Positions 1 through 9,493 of a DNA stretch of 43,502 nt are shown here, in pieces. Position 1 is the stretch's first letter; each line of letters begins with the position of its first letter. Both the position numbers and the translations under genes were made by a program. Under the pieces are notes generated by a model. It was not told the DNA's origin. It saw nothing but the letters and a program-made list of their open reading frames with translations, and did not search any database. This DNA is from Nanobdellota archaeon (GTDB lineage: Archaea > Nanobdellota > Nanobdellia > Woesearchaeales > JAHWHD01), in the NCBI GenBank assembly GCA_034722435.1, contig JAYENX010000008.1, forward strand, positions 1-43,502. The letters run 5' to 3'.

Positions 1-662
1 CCCACTTTCTTAATTATATTCTTCATCCGATCAATATCATAAATAAAGTTTTCATAACCACCCTCAAGAATCTTAGCTTTTTTATTCTTACCTTCAAACA
101 CTACAAAAACCTGATGCGTAAATCCCTTATTTTTACTCACCCTATAAGATCTATCAACTTTTGCAATAATCTTATTTTCAAACTTACGAGATTTTGCACC
201 ATGAAAACCATCAATCCAATTCCTTTGTTCAAGCATAGTATCAAAAATAACTATACCCTCAGGACTTAAATTATTTTTATAAGACTTCAACATCATCTCA
301 AAATCTTTATAAGAACTAAAATGATTAATAGCATTAAACATAGTAATAATACAATCCGCTTTTTTATTCATGTTCAATTTACGCATATCCTGCTTTACAA
401 TTCTTAATTTAGGCACTTTCTTTTTTGCAAGTCGAATCATACCATCATTAAGGTCCACCCCTATAACTCCATAACCTTTATCCATCAAAAGTTTAGCATG
501 AGATCCCGAACCACAAGCCACATCATAAATTAAATTAGGTTTAATCCCATACTGTTTGAAAATCTTAAGAAAAAAACTTACTTCTTTAACATAATTTTTA
601 TTACACCAAGATGACTCAACCACTTCAGCCATCTCATTATAATGTTTCATCCGTTCCACCAT
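1..662 (-). CDS. Class I SAM-dependent methyltransferase (3' end runs off the window)
   Basis: Translated by hand, not in the ORF track: MVERMKHYNEMAEVVESSWCNKNYVKEVSFFLKIFKQYGIKPNLIYDVACGSGSHAKLLMDKGYGVIGVDLNDGMIRLAKKK...QDMRKL. It has motif I (DVACGSG), the GVD-x-N acidic motif and the QDMR motif. The frame is open to position 1. A TATA box lies at 686-693. Confidence 0.88.
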   Translation of the reverse strand, partial: MVERMKHYNEMAEVVESSWCNKNYVKEVSFFLKIFKQYGIKPNLIYDVACGSGSHAKLLMDKGYGVIGVDLNDGMIRLAKKKVPKLRIVKQDMRKLNMNKKADCIITMFNAINHFSSYKDFEMMLKSYKNNLSPEGIVIFDTMLEQRNWIDGFHGAKSRKFENKIIAKVDRSYRVSKNKGFTHQVFVVFEGKNKKAKILEGGYENFIYDIDRMKNIIKKV

Positions 663-664
663 AA

Positions 665-680
665 TGGAACATATGTTCCA
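665..680. promoter_or_regulatory. Perfect 16-bp palindrome TGGAACATATGTTCCA, candidate operator of the methyltransferase gene
   Basis: It sits between the minus-strand TATA (TTTAAATA, 686-693) and the ATG at 662. A third half-site, GTTCCA, is at 653-658. Confidence 0.55.
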
Positions 681-769
681 AGTAATATTTAAATCTTCCC
701 ATTTATGGCAAAATTAACCAACATTAAGGGAATACTTTTTTAAAGAAAAATAACCTACAATATTCTAAT

Positions 770-910
770 ATGATATTAACAAAAGAAATAATGTCAAAAA
801 AATTAGACTTTTTCAAAGAAATGGAAAAAAGACTTCCAGATAGTTATTACACTAAAAAAACAGAGGTAATAACAACATTACCCAGACAATCGATAATCAC
901 AGGAGGATAA
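770..910 (+). CDS. Small hypothetical protein, 46 aa (MILTKEIMSKKLDFFKEMEKRLPDSYYTKKTEVITTLPRQSIITGG)
   Basis: The ATG lies about 26 nt downstream of TTTTTAAA, the spacing seen for leaderless first genes elsewhere in the window. Its last codons (GGA GGA TAA) contain the SD of asnA. Confidence 0.55.
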   Translation: MILTKEIMSKKLDFFKEMEKRLPDSYYTKKTEVITTLPRQSIITGG

Positions 911-914
911 TAAA

Positions 915-1940
915 ATGAAAGAACAAATACCTGAAAAATACAAACCAAAACTAGCATTTTTTAAAACACAAAAAGCAATCAAACTTGTCAAAGACACTTT
1001 CCAAAAAAAACTAGCTAAACAACTACATTTACAAAGAGTATCTGCTCCCCGTTTCCTTAAAATAGGGAAAGGATTACAAGACGATTTAGCAGGAACTCAA
1101 ACACCAGTAAGATTCAGTACACGATTCACTGACAAAATTGAAGTTGTACACAGCCTAGCAAAATGGAAACGTTGGACTTTAGGCAAGTACAAATTTCAGC
1201 ATGGAACAGGACTTTACACAGACATGGACGCAATTAGAAAAGACGAAGAAGTAAGCCCAATACACAGCATTTACCACGACCAATGGGATTGGGAACAAAT
1301 TGTTTCAAAGGAAGAAAGATCTTTAAAATTCCTAAAAAAAACAGTTAAAAAAATCTACCAATCACTCCTTGGAACAAAAAAGGAAATTTCAAAAGAATTT
1401 CCAGAGCTAAAGAAAACACTTCCAAAAAAAATACACTTCATACATAGCGAAGAACTTGAAAAACAATACCCTGAACTAACGCCAAAAGAACGAGAACACA
1501 GAATTACAAAAAAACACAAAGCAGTATTTATTATAGGTATTGGCCACCCTATCAAATCAGGAAAACCTCACGACCTAAGAGCTGCAGATTACGATGACTG
1601 GTCAACCAGTACTGAAAAAGGGAAAGGATTAAACGGAGACATTATTGTATGGGACCCGATAAGAAAAAAATCTTTAGAACTATCATCAATGGGTATCCGC
1701 GTTGATTCAAAAGCTCTTGTCAAACAATTAGAAATGCACGACCTCAGCCATAGAAAAGAACTTGATTTCCATAAAGGAATCATTGAAGACAAACTTCCTT
1801 TAACCATAGGCGGAGGAATAGGACAAGCCAGAATATGTATGTTCTTACTACAAAAAGCACACATTGGAGAAGTTATTTCAAGCGTTTGGCCCGAAGAAAT
1901 TGAACAAGAGTTCCATAAAAGAGATATCCCACTTTTATAG
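915..1940 (+). CDS. asnA: Aspartate-ammonia ligase (asparagine synthetase A), bacterial type
   Basis: Motifs EVVHSLAKWKR, GLYTDMDAIRKDE, SIYHDQWDWE, HDLRAADYDDW, GLNGDI, ELSSMGIRVD and LTIGGGIGQARICMFLL; AGGAGG SD. Confidence 0.96.
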   Translation: MKEQIPEKYKPKLAFFKTQKAIKLVKDTFQKKLAKQLHLQRVSAPRFLKIGKGLQDDLAGTQTPVRFSTRFTDKIEVVHSLAKWKRWTLGKYKFQHGTGLYTDMDAIRKDEEVSPIHSIYHDQWDWEQIVSKEERSLKFLKKTVKKIYQSLLGTKKEISKEFPELKKTLPKKIHFIHSEELEKQYPELTPKEREHRITKKHKAVFIIGIGHPIKSGKPHDLRAADYDDWSTSTEKGKGLNGDIIVWDPIRKKSLELSSMGIRVDSKALVKQLEMHDLSHRKELDFHKGIIEDKLPLTIGGGIGQARICMFLLQKAHIGEVISSVWPEEIEQEFHKRDIPLL

Positions 1941-1944
1941 TTTT

Positions 1945-1976
<32 letters not shown>

Positions 1977-2018
1977 ACAAAACTAATTTTAAAACAACAT
2001 TAGAAATTTTAAAAATAT

Positions 2019-3728
2019 TTAACCTTTCTTCAACAATAATTCAATAACTTTAGCATAAGCAGGTCTAGCTATAACCACACCAATCAACAAGCCTGTTAAA
2101 GTAATAAATGCGAAACCTCTAAGAACACCAGCACCAACAAAAGCCAAAGGCATCATTGCCACAAATGTAGTAAAAAATGCAACTATAATAATACTAAATG
2201 CAGCTTTCAACTTCTTTTTAAGATCGTACGTTTGCGCTTCACCCCTCAAGGTTTCATCCGTAATAATTACAAGATGATCCACACCAGTACCAATTGCAAC
2301 CACAAAACCAGCTATAGCCGCAAGGTCAATAGTTTGTTTAATAAAAGCCGCAAAACCGAACAACATTACAACTTCAAAAGCAACAGTCAAAACCATAGGG
2401 ATAACAATTTTGAATCTTCTATAGAAAATAAATAATACAATAAATACAGCTAAAATCGCAAGTCCACCCATTAACATAGCGTTAGGAACAAACTCTTGAC
2501 CCACTACAGGCGGCACAACAGTTCGTTCAACAACTACCAACTTAACTGGAAGACTACCCGTTATCAATAATGTCTGAAGATCCTTCATATTTTTTTGAGT
2601 ATTAACTATCGCCTCTTCCTGAGTAATTCCAGACTCTCCACCACTTATCGCAATACCAGTAGTAGCTTTTCCTTTTAGATCTTCAGAAATCCTTAAAGAC
2701 CTAAGAAGTTCTCCATCAAGATAAAGTTCAAGTTCATGCTCCAAATAACCACTACCACTTTCATCTGTAACAACTTTCATATCTCTGGTCACATCAGCAT
2801 GCCTCTCAGCAGCTTCATGACTTAATGTAATTGAAAACATATAATCACAAGCATACCCTGCACCAGTAGGACCACAAGTTCTAATACCTGAACACTCAGC
2901 ACTTCTACATACTGAAGAAACGTCGCTACCACCCTGAAAAACAGTTTCATTACCTATCCTTGCTTCAAACTTACCTTGCCTTTTCAAAGTTTCAATAGCT
3001 TCTTCATTAGCACTTGAAGTTTCAACAATTATAAAATGCTCACCAGTACCTCCAAAAAGTTTAGGATCAGACGCACTCCTTACAGACACATCAGCCAAAC
3101 CATAAACATTCAACCTTTGCATCATATTATCCATCAAATCAGAAAATTGCTGATCAGTCATAACTTCATCAGGTCTAAACTTGAACCTTACTCCACCAAT
3201 AAGATCAATACCTTGCCTAATATTAGAAGAAGGAACCACATCAATTGCTAAACCAATATCTTGAATCCCTATAACATTTTCTTCAGTTTTATTAAATATT
3301 TTAACAGAAGTAATATTCAAAGTTGTATTTGAAGTTTCATTAAATACTTCTTCAGTAACATTCATTTCATAAGTCTCGTTAAGAATAATAACCTCAATCT
3401 CAGGTTGCACAAGTAAAGAATACATTTCTCTATTAGTTTCAATATGAAGAATCTTTTCAGGTTCAAGATTAGAAATAGCAATTTCATAATCTTCCACCGT
3501 TAATATTTCTTTATCCTCTATACTCACAATACGTTCTCGATACAAAGGTAAAGTTCCCTCTCTAGGAGGCTGAATTCCAGCTATAGCAGCCGAACTATTT
3601 TGATCAATTGAAACAATTGAAACGCCTTCAGAACTAAACCTTGGCGAAATAGCCCACAGAGCCATCACTAAAAAAAATAAAAGTATAAGAACTCTCCAGT
3701 TTGTCATAATTTTAATAAATTTACTCAT
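2019..3728 (-). CDS. secD: Protein translocase subunit SecD (archaeal) with a PDZ-like extracytoplasmic insert
   Basis: N-terminal TM, QGIDLIGG motif, RLNVYGLADVSVR, LITGSLPV, five C-terminal TMs with IGTGVDH (conserved Asp) and GVLRGFA; overlaps secF. Confidence 0.9.
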   Translation of the reverse strand: MSKFIKIMTNWRVLILLFFLVMALWAISPRFSSEGVSIVSIDQNSSAAIAGIQPPREGTLPLYRERIVSIEDKEILTVEDYEIAISNLEPEKILHIETNREMYSLLVQPEIEVIILNETYEMNVTEEVFNETSNTTLNITSVKIFNKTEENVIGIQDIGLAIDVVPSSNIRQGIDLIGGVRFKFRPDEVMTDQQFSDLMDNMMQRLNVYGLADVSVRSASDPKLFGGTGEHFIIVETSSANEEAIETLKRQGKFEARIGNETVFQGGSDVSSVCRSAECSGIRTCGPTGAGYACDYMFSITLSHEAAERHADVTRDMKVVTDESGSGYLEHELELYLDGELLRSLRISEDLKGKATTGIAISGGESGITQEEAIVNTQKNMKDLQTLLITGSLPVKLVVVERTVVPPVVGQEFVPNAMLMGGLAILAVFIVLFIFYRRFKIVIPMVLTVAFEVVMLFGFAAFIKQTIDLAAIAGFVVAIGTGVDHLVIITDETLRGEAQTYDLKKKLKAAFSIIIVAFFTTFVAMMPLAFVGAGVLRGFAFITLTGLLIGVVIARPAYAKVIELLLKKG

Positions 3729-4572
3729 GACGCTTCCCCTTCTTTTCCATATACCATCTAAGTATACCAGTATTTTGTATCCAAGTATTCATAAGATCAA
3801 CCACTAAACCAATTAACAAAATTACCATTATTTGTCTAATATCAGGAGGGATTGCAACATAATAGGCAACAGCAACTGCACTTATTGTAGTAATACTCAT
3901 TTTCAATCCAGTACTCATAGCACCTTTAACCCTTTCATATACTGTTCCAAGTTTCCTTTTCAAAACTCTATTAGTCAAAAGAATATCAGTATCTACCGAA
4001 TAACCTATCAACATCAAAAAAGCTGCCAGACCACCTTTCAATAACTGAAAATCAAGTAAATTAAATATAGCTAAAGTAACAATAATATCTGAAAAAGCAG
4101 ATAATATTACAGCAATACTAGGTATAGGCGTTTTAAAACTTACAAAAACTACAATACCCATTAATACGAAAGCAACCAATATAACAATTAACATAGTTCT
4201 ATAGAAACTTGCACTAAACTCTGCATCTTCAGTTATAGCCCCTATTATTGTAACATCTTTACTCTCGATAAATTGTTTAAGTTCAGAAACTCTATCATCA
4301 GATAAATCAGATTCAATTATACTTCCAATTCCTCCCTCAGACTTTTGAACACTAAAAAAATGTTCAGGAAATTTAGAGGTAAGAAAACTCTCCATGGACT
4401 CAGAATTAAGTGTTTGTTCAGTATAAATTGTCGTACCACCTTTCAATCTTATAGACTTAGAAATAAAATCTCCAGTTGTAGCATACTGATAACCTATCTG
4501 AGCAATTGCAAGTAAAAGTATTAACATAGGTATGATTAACAACTTTTTATAGTGCTTCTGATAAATCCCCAT
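3721..4572 (-). CDS. secF: Protein translocase subunit SecF (archaeal)
   Basis: SIRLKGGT motif, LMLIGYSVDTDILLTNRVLKR; directly upstream of secD. Confidence 0.92.
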   Translation of the reverse strand: MGIYQKHYKKLLIIPMLILLLAIAQIGYQYATTGDFISKSIRLKGGTTIYTEQTLNSESMESFLTSKFPEHFFSVQKSEGGIGSIIESDLSDDRVSELKQFIESKDVTIIGAITEDAEFSASFYRTMLIVILVAFVLMGIVVFVSFKTPIPSIAVILSAFSDIIVTLAIFNLLDFQLLKGGLAAFLMLIGYSVDTDILLTNRVLKRKLGTVYERVKGAMSTGLKMSITTISAVAVAYYVAIPPDIRQIMVILLIGLVVDLMNTWIQNTGILRWYMEKKGKRHE

Positions 4573-4646
4573 AAAAAAACAAGAAAAATTTTGAGTATAT
4601 AAAGATTACGTTATATTTATAAGATATTAAAACTTTATAAAGAATC

Positions 4647-5297
4647 ATGAAAATAAAAAACGCCTTTTTAACTCTTATCATTATTAATATAATAGCATTC
4701 ATTTTACAACAAACCATTCCAGGGTTCACTGAAGCTTTCATGTTACTCTCAAAAGATATATTTGTTAGACCTTGGATATTATTAACCAGTATGTTTCTTC
4801 ACGGAAATTCATCACACCTTATTTTTAATATGTACGCACTATTCATATTCGGCCCATTAATTGAACAACGTATTGGTTCAAAAAGGTTCATCACTATATA
4901 TATAATATCAGGTTTAGCTGCATCATTTGTATCATCATTCTTTTATCCTGCAGCTCTGGGGGCAAGCGGGGCCATCATGGGAATACTTGCATTAGTTATC
5001 ATCTTCCTACCCCACCTTAAAGTACTCTTCCTATTTTTTATACCTATGACTATGCGTACTGCTGGGATAATATTTGCAATAATCGACCTACTTGGTGCTC
5101 TCGGCATAGGAATTCCAGGAATTGCCAACATTGCACACCTTGTTGGTCTCGGATGCGGGTTAGTGTATGGAGTACACATATATAAAAAGAAAAAAGCATT
5201 TAATAGAGAATTCACAGCAAATAGTGGAAAAAAAGGCAAAAACATGGAACTTTCTCAAGACAAAATTAATGAGTATTTAAAATACGGCAGACTTTAA
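4647..5297 (+). CDS. Rhomboid family intramembrane serine protease
   Basis: PWILLTSMFLH, HLIFNM, GASG (catalytic Ser) and AHLVG (catalytic His); multiple TMs. Confidence 0.95.
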   Translation: MKIKNAFLTLIIINIIAFILQQTIPGFTEAFMLLSKDIFVRPWILLTSMFLHGNSSHLIFNMYALFIFGPLIEQRIGSKRFITIYIISGLAASFVSSFFYPAALGASGAIMGILALVIIFLPHLKVLFLFFIPMTMRTAGIIFAIIDLLGALGIGIPGIANIAHLVGLGCGLVYGVHIYKKKKAFNREFTANSGKKGKNMELSQDKINEYLKYGRL

Positions 5298-5348
5298 AAA
5301 GGTCATTTGCAAACATTTTTATATTATTTACCTGCCTGTTAAAACAAA

Positions 5349-5783
5349 ATGGAAAATACAGCTAAAGAAGGAGACACTGTAAAAGTTGAATACACTGGAA
5401 CACTTGATGATGGTCAAGTATTTGACACTAACAGTGGTAAAGAACCATTAATAATTAAGATAGGAGATAAAAAACTTATCAAAGGTTTTGAAGAAGCTCT
5501 ACACGGAATGAAACCTGGAGACGAAAAAAGCATTAAATTAGAACCAAAAGATGCTTACGGCGAACATCAAGATACTCTTTTTCAAACAGTTCCAAAGACA
5601 TCATTCCCTGAAAAAATGGAACTTAAGAAAGGAACAAGCCTCAGCTTAAGAGACCCCGAAGGCCACACAATTATTGCAACAGTTATCGAAGTTAATGATA
5701 AAGATGTAAAAATTGACCTTAATCATCCATTTGCAGGTAAAAATCTCAATTTCAAAATCAAACTCTTATCAATTGAACAATAA
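5349..5783 (+). CDS. FKBP-type peptidyl-prolyl isomerase (SlyD-like, with insert-in-flap domain)
   Basis: GDTVKVEYTGTLDDGQVFDT, LIKGFEEALHGM, AYG and IDLNHPFAGKNLNFKI. Confidence 0.95.
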   Translation: MENTAKEGDTVKVEYTGTLDDGQVFDTNSGKEPLIIKIGDKKLIKGFEEALHGMKPGDEKSIKLEPKDAYGEHQDTLFQTVPKTSFPEKMELKKGTSLSLRDPEGHTIIATVIEVNDKDVKIDLNHPFAGKNLNFKIKLLSIEQ

Positions 5784-5792
5784 GGTGGTTTC

Positions 5793-6632
5793 ATGAAAAA
5801 AATAACATTAGTATTACTTATAATTAGTATCTTAGTTATGACTGCATGCACAGGTCCAAGAGTAATCTGTAAAAAACCATATATAAGAGTAGGCACAGAA
5901 TGCTGCCTAGATTATAACGGCGATTCTGTTTGCGATAAAGATGAAGCACTCATATCAGAAACTAAGACTAACTCAGTCGGCTCCGCTATTGATGTTCTTA
6001 ACTCAGACGAAGAAGAAAATAACGACAGCGAAGAAACAGAACTCAAAACTGAAACAACAACAAACACAAATATAATCAAAATAGATAAAGCATACTGGAA
6101 CACTATGTATCCAAAAGCTGAACAAGAAATTGAACTCACTCTTGTATTTGAAAACCAAGGAACTACCGACAGTACAGAGTTTGAATATATAATTAAGATA
6201 TTCAAAGGATCAAAAGTAGTTGAAGAAAACACATTTGAACTTGATAAAACTATTGAACCAGGATATTCTCAAAAAGTTAAAGACATTAAATACAGTTTTT
6301 CTGAAGAAGGAGATTACACTACAAAAATATTCTTAAAAGATAACGAAAATATTGAAAGAAGTGTAGCGTTCTATGTTAGCGAAGAAGAACAAGATGAAGA
6401 AGATAATGACGACGATGAAAACGAAAATAACGAAGTTTTACAATGCACTGACCACGATGAAGGCCGAGATTTTACAACATCTAGCTATTGCGAAGATGCA
6501 TCCGGCAAACACTTTGACAGTTGTTACAAAGAAGACGTTTTAATGGAATATTACTGCGATTCATTAGTAGGTCATACTTGTTTACACACATTAGAATTTG
6601 ACTGTAATTGTAACCAAGGTAAATGTGAATAA
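5793..6632 (+). CDS. Putative lipoprotein with a Cys-rich N-terminal module, an Ig/CARDB-like central domain and a Cys-rich C-terminus
   Basis: Signal peptide ending in VMTA-C; CCLDYNGDSVCD module; beta-rich LTLVFENQG domain; acidic linkers. Confidence 0.7.
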   Translation: MKKITLVLLIISILVMTACTGPRVICKKPYIRVGTECCLDYNGDSVCDKDEALISETKTNSVGSAIDVLNSDEEENNDSEETELKTETTTNTNIIKIDKAYWNTMYPKAEQEIELTLVFENQGTTDSTEFEYIIKIFKGSKVVEENTFELDKTIEPGYSQKVKDIKYSFSEEGDYTTKIFLKDNENIERSVAFYVSEEEQDEEDNDDDENENNEVLQCTDHDEGRDFTTSSYCEDASGKHFDSCYKEDVLMEYYCDSLVGHTCLHTLEFDCNCNQGKCE

Positions 6633-6689
6633 ACAACATAATTTGTTCGACTAAACATTTAAATACTATTTATAGCATTATTTTCAATT

Positions 6690-7358
6690 ATGACAAAAGT
6701 TATATCTCTAGGAGGATCAATAATAGCTCCTGACGGGATAGATATAAATTTCTTAAAAAAATTTAAAAAGTTAATCTTAAAAATATCTAAAAAAGAAAAA
6801 ATAATAATTGTTTGCGGAGGAGGAAAAGTTTGCAGAAGATACATTAACGCAGCCAAGAACATTTCAAAAGTTTCAACTCAAGACCAAGATAAGATAGGCA
6901 TCCAAGCTACAAGGTTAAACGCCGAACTTTTAAGAACAATCCTCGGAAAATCTACACATTCAAAAGTCATATATGATCCAAATAAAAAAGTACGTTTCAA
7001 ACAAATACTTATCACTGCAGGTCATAAACCTGGTTCAAGCTCAGACTATGACGCAATTATTCTTGCAAAAACTTACAAATGTAAAGAAGTAATAAACCTT
7101 ACAAATATAGATTACATTTACGATAAAGACCCTAAAAAATATAAATCTGCAAAACCACTTAAAAAACTATCCTGGAACCAATTACTAAAAATAATTGGCA
7201 CAAAATGGGTCTCAGGACAAAATTATCCTTTTGATCCTGTAGCATCAAAAAAAGGAAAAAATCTTCAACTCAAACTTAAACTTCTTAATGGAAGAAACTT
7301 AAAAAATACTCAAAAATGTTTAGAAGGAAAAGAATTCAAAGGTTCTATAGTTAATTAA
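6690..7358 (+). CDS. pyrH: Uridylate kinase, archaeal type
   Basis: VISLGGSII, VCGGGK, DKIGIQATRLNA, SSDYDA, NLTNIDYIYDKDP and FDPVA. Confidence 0.93.
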   Translation: MTKVISLGGSIIAPDGIDINFLKKFKKLILKISKKEKIIIVCGGGKVCRRYINAAKNISKVSTQDQDKIGIQATRLNAELLRTILGKSTHSKVIYDPNKKVRFKQILITAGHKPGSSSDYDAIILAKTYKCKEVINLTNIDYIYDKDPKKYKSAKPLKKLSWNQLLKIIGTKWVSGQNYPFDPVASKKGKNLQLKLKLLNGRNLKNTQKCLEGKEFKGSIVN

Positions 7359-7672
7359 TAATCTTCCTCTTCAACCTCAATATCACCATTTAACATCATC
7401 TCATGTTCTTGATCTACTAATTCATCTATATCATCTTTTCCCTTAATCTTACCCTTCCAATTAGGTTTACCATCCCAAGTATCATGCCCGGAACCAATAA
7501 AATCAACTTTTAAAATGTTTTCTTTACCACAAGAACAAGTTATTTTCTTATAGTGCATCCCAATATGAAACTCAGATTCCCAACCCGTAACTTTATCTAA
7601 ATCAGTACCACAATAAGGACACTGATCCTTAACTTGCTCAGACTTAACCATATGAAAACGCGCAGGCACCAT
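7355..7672 (-). CDS. Small zinc-ribbon protein with an acidic tail
   Basis: CPYCG...CSCG Cys pairs; strong SD GGGGGTGAG upstream. Confidence 0.7.
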   Translation of the reverse strand: MVPARFHMVKSEQVKDQCPYCGTDLDKVTGWESEFHIGMHYKKITCSCGKENILKVDFIGSGHDTWDGKPNWKGKIKGKDDIDELVDQEHEMMLNGDIEVEEEDY

Positions 7673-7767
7673 TACTCACCCCCGTCAAACTGAACTACTA
7701 AATCATTAGAATTAAAATGTCCTTTTCTCGCTTCATAACAAATATGTCCAGTATATATACAAATCAT
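7672..7767 (-). CDS. Small hypothetical protein, 31 aa (MICIYTGHICYEARKGHFNSNDLVVQFDGGE)
   Basis: Its stop overlaps the next start (TAATG). The ATG lies about 30 nt downstream of an ATTTAAAT TATA-like box at about 7796-7803. Confidence 0.45.
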   Translation of the reverse strand: MICIYTGHICYEARKGHFNSNDLVVQFDGGE

Positions 7768-7854
7768 ACTAATTCAAAAAATAACAATCTAAGGGATTTA
7801 AATAATTTATGAAAATGAAAAACATTTATAAATAAACCCCCTTCCCAGATATGT

Positions 7855-8835
7855 ATGTTCATTCACAGCAATATTACAGGAACGTATGTATTTGATGAAG
7901 ATTTCAAGGTAGTTGAAAGAATCAAAATAAATCTTAAAGATAATTTTCTTGAATGGGTAGATAATGAAAAGCAGCTCATAACAAAATATAAAGGCAAAAA
8001 CCTTTTCTATATTGGAAACAAAAATGAGAAATTAGAAGGTATAAAACTCACGCAAGATCCAAAAAAACTTCAAAGACTTACAAAATATTTTAAAGATAAC
8101 ATCAAAGAATTTTTCAAACCTAATATAAAACTAACAAAAAAAGCAGTAAAAGAAGCAGTAAATCAAGACATGTTCATAATACATGCTATAAATAACATAG
8201 ACGAACTTGATAAAAGCGCAAACATGCTTGTAAAAAGATTAAGAGAATGGTACAGCCTTTACCTACCAGAGTTCTCGCGAACCATTGGCGATAATGAATC
8301 TTTTACTGAAATAATCCTAAAAAAGACAAAAGAACAACTTCTTGAAGAGATAAAAATAAATAAAGAAGATTCTATGGGAACAGACCTTGATAAAAAAGAT
8401 CTTGAACCCATCATTAATCTCGCTAAAAAGATTCAAGAATTATATAATCTAAGAACCGATCACGAGAAATATCTTGAAAAAATTATGGAAAATTATTGTC
8501 CAAACTTACAAGCTCTTGCCGGTACTACAACAGGAGCAAAATTGATAGCTTTAGCAAGATCCTTAAAAAGACTTGTTTTATTTCCTGCCTCAACAATACA
8601 ATTATTAGGTGCAGAAAAAGCATTATTTAGACATCTAAAAACAGGTGCAAGACCCCCAAAATATGGAATCCTGGTCAACCACCCGATTGTTTCAAAAGTA
8701 CCTAAAAAAGATAAAGGAAAAGCAGCCAGAGCTTTAGCAGATAAAATTGCGATAGGCGTTAAAATTGATTACTATAAAGGTCAATTCATAGGTGACGATT
8801 TAAGAAAAAAATTAGAAGAAAGGTTTACAAGATGA
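7855..8835 (+). CDS. nop5: Nop5/Nop56 C/D box sRNP protein
   Basis: RLREWYSLYLPE, CPNLQALAG, GAKLIALA, PASTIQLLGAEKALFRHL and PKYG; coupled to fibrillarin. Confidence 0.95.
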   Translation: MFIHSNITGTYVFDEDFKVVERIKINLKDNFLEWVDNEKQLITKYKGKNLFYIGNKNEKLEGIKLTQDPKKLQRLTKYFKDNIKEFFKPNIKLTKKAVKEAVNQDMFIIHAINNIDELDKSANMLVKRLREWYSLYLPEFSRTIGDNESFTEIILKKTKEQLLEEIKINKEDSMGTDLDKKDLEPIINLAKKIQELYNLRTDHEKYLEKIMENYCPNLQALAGTTTGAKLIALARSLKRLVLFPASTIQLLGAEKALFRHLKTGARPPKYGILVNHPIVSKVPKKDKGKAARALADKIAIGVKIDYYKGQFIGDDLRKKLEERFTR

Positions 8836-9488
8836 GATACCCAGGCGTACTTATAGAAAAAAGAAGGAAAAAAAGTATTTACACTAGAAACCTCGTTCCA
8901 GGTAGAACTGTCTATGGAGAAAGACTTGTAAAAATAAAAGGAATCGAATACAGAGAATGGAATCCTCAAAGAAGTAAACTAGGCGCAGCAATAATGAAAT
9001 CCATCCCTACTACAGGGATAAAAGAAGATTCTATTATACTATACCTTGGCGCAGCATCAGGCACCACTGTATCTCATGTATCAGACATTGCTAAAAACGG
9101 TTTTATTTTTGCACTCGATTTTGCACCAAGAGTTGTCAGAGATTTAGTATTCATTTCCGAAGAACGTAAAAATATAGCACCCATACTCGGAGACGCGAAC
9201 CATCCTGAAACATACGAACACAGAGTTACTAAAGTCGACATGATATTTCAAGACATTGCTCAAAAAAATCAAACCGAAATATTTATGAAAAATGTCAACA
9301 GATTTCTTAATAAAGATGGAATTGCCATATATGCAGTCAAAGCACGTTCAATAGACGTCACAAAAAAACCAAGAATAGTTTTTAACACTGTAAAAAGAGA
9401 GCTTGAAAAAGAAATGAAAATTTTAGACTTCAAAACTCTCGAACCATTTGAAAAAGATCATTGCGTATTTGTATGTCAAAAGAGGTGA
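8832..9488 (+). CDS. flpA: Fibrillarin-like rRNA/tRNA 2'-O-methyltransferase
   Basis: VYGE, YREWNPQRSKLGAA, LYLGAASGTTVSHVSD and FQDIAQKNQ. Confidence 0.97.
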   Translation: MRYPGVLIEKRRKKSIYTRNLVPGRTVYGERLVKIKGIEYREWNPQRSKLGAAIMKSIPTTGIKEDSIILYLGAASGTTVSHVSDIAKNGFIFALDFAPRVVRDLVFISEERKNIAPILGDANHPETYEHRVTKVDMIFQDIAQKNQTEIFMKNVNRFLNKDGIAIYAVKARSIDVTKKPRIVFNTVKRELEKEMKILDFKTLEPFEKDHCVFVCQKR

Positions 9489-9493
9489 AACTT

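Noticed and set aside
669-676. Shared CATATG core between the methyltransferase palindrome and the RHH operator (common regulon)
   Set aside because: The flanks and the distance to the TATA differ, and a 6-bp AT-rich match is expected by chance.
645-682. Alternative-hairpin RNA switch at the methyltransferase 5' end
   Set aside because: TATA spacing puts the transcription start near ATG 662, so most of the palindrome would not be transcribed; a DNA operator fits better.
770-910. Asn-sensing attenuator leader peptide for asnA
   Set aside because: It has no Asn codons and no terminator/antiterminator hairpins were found.
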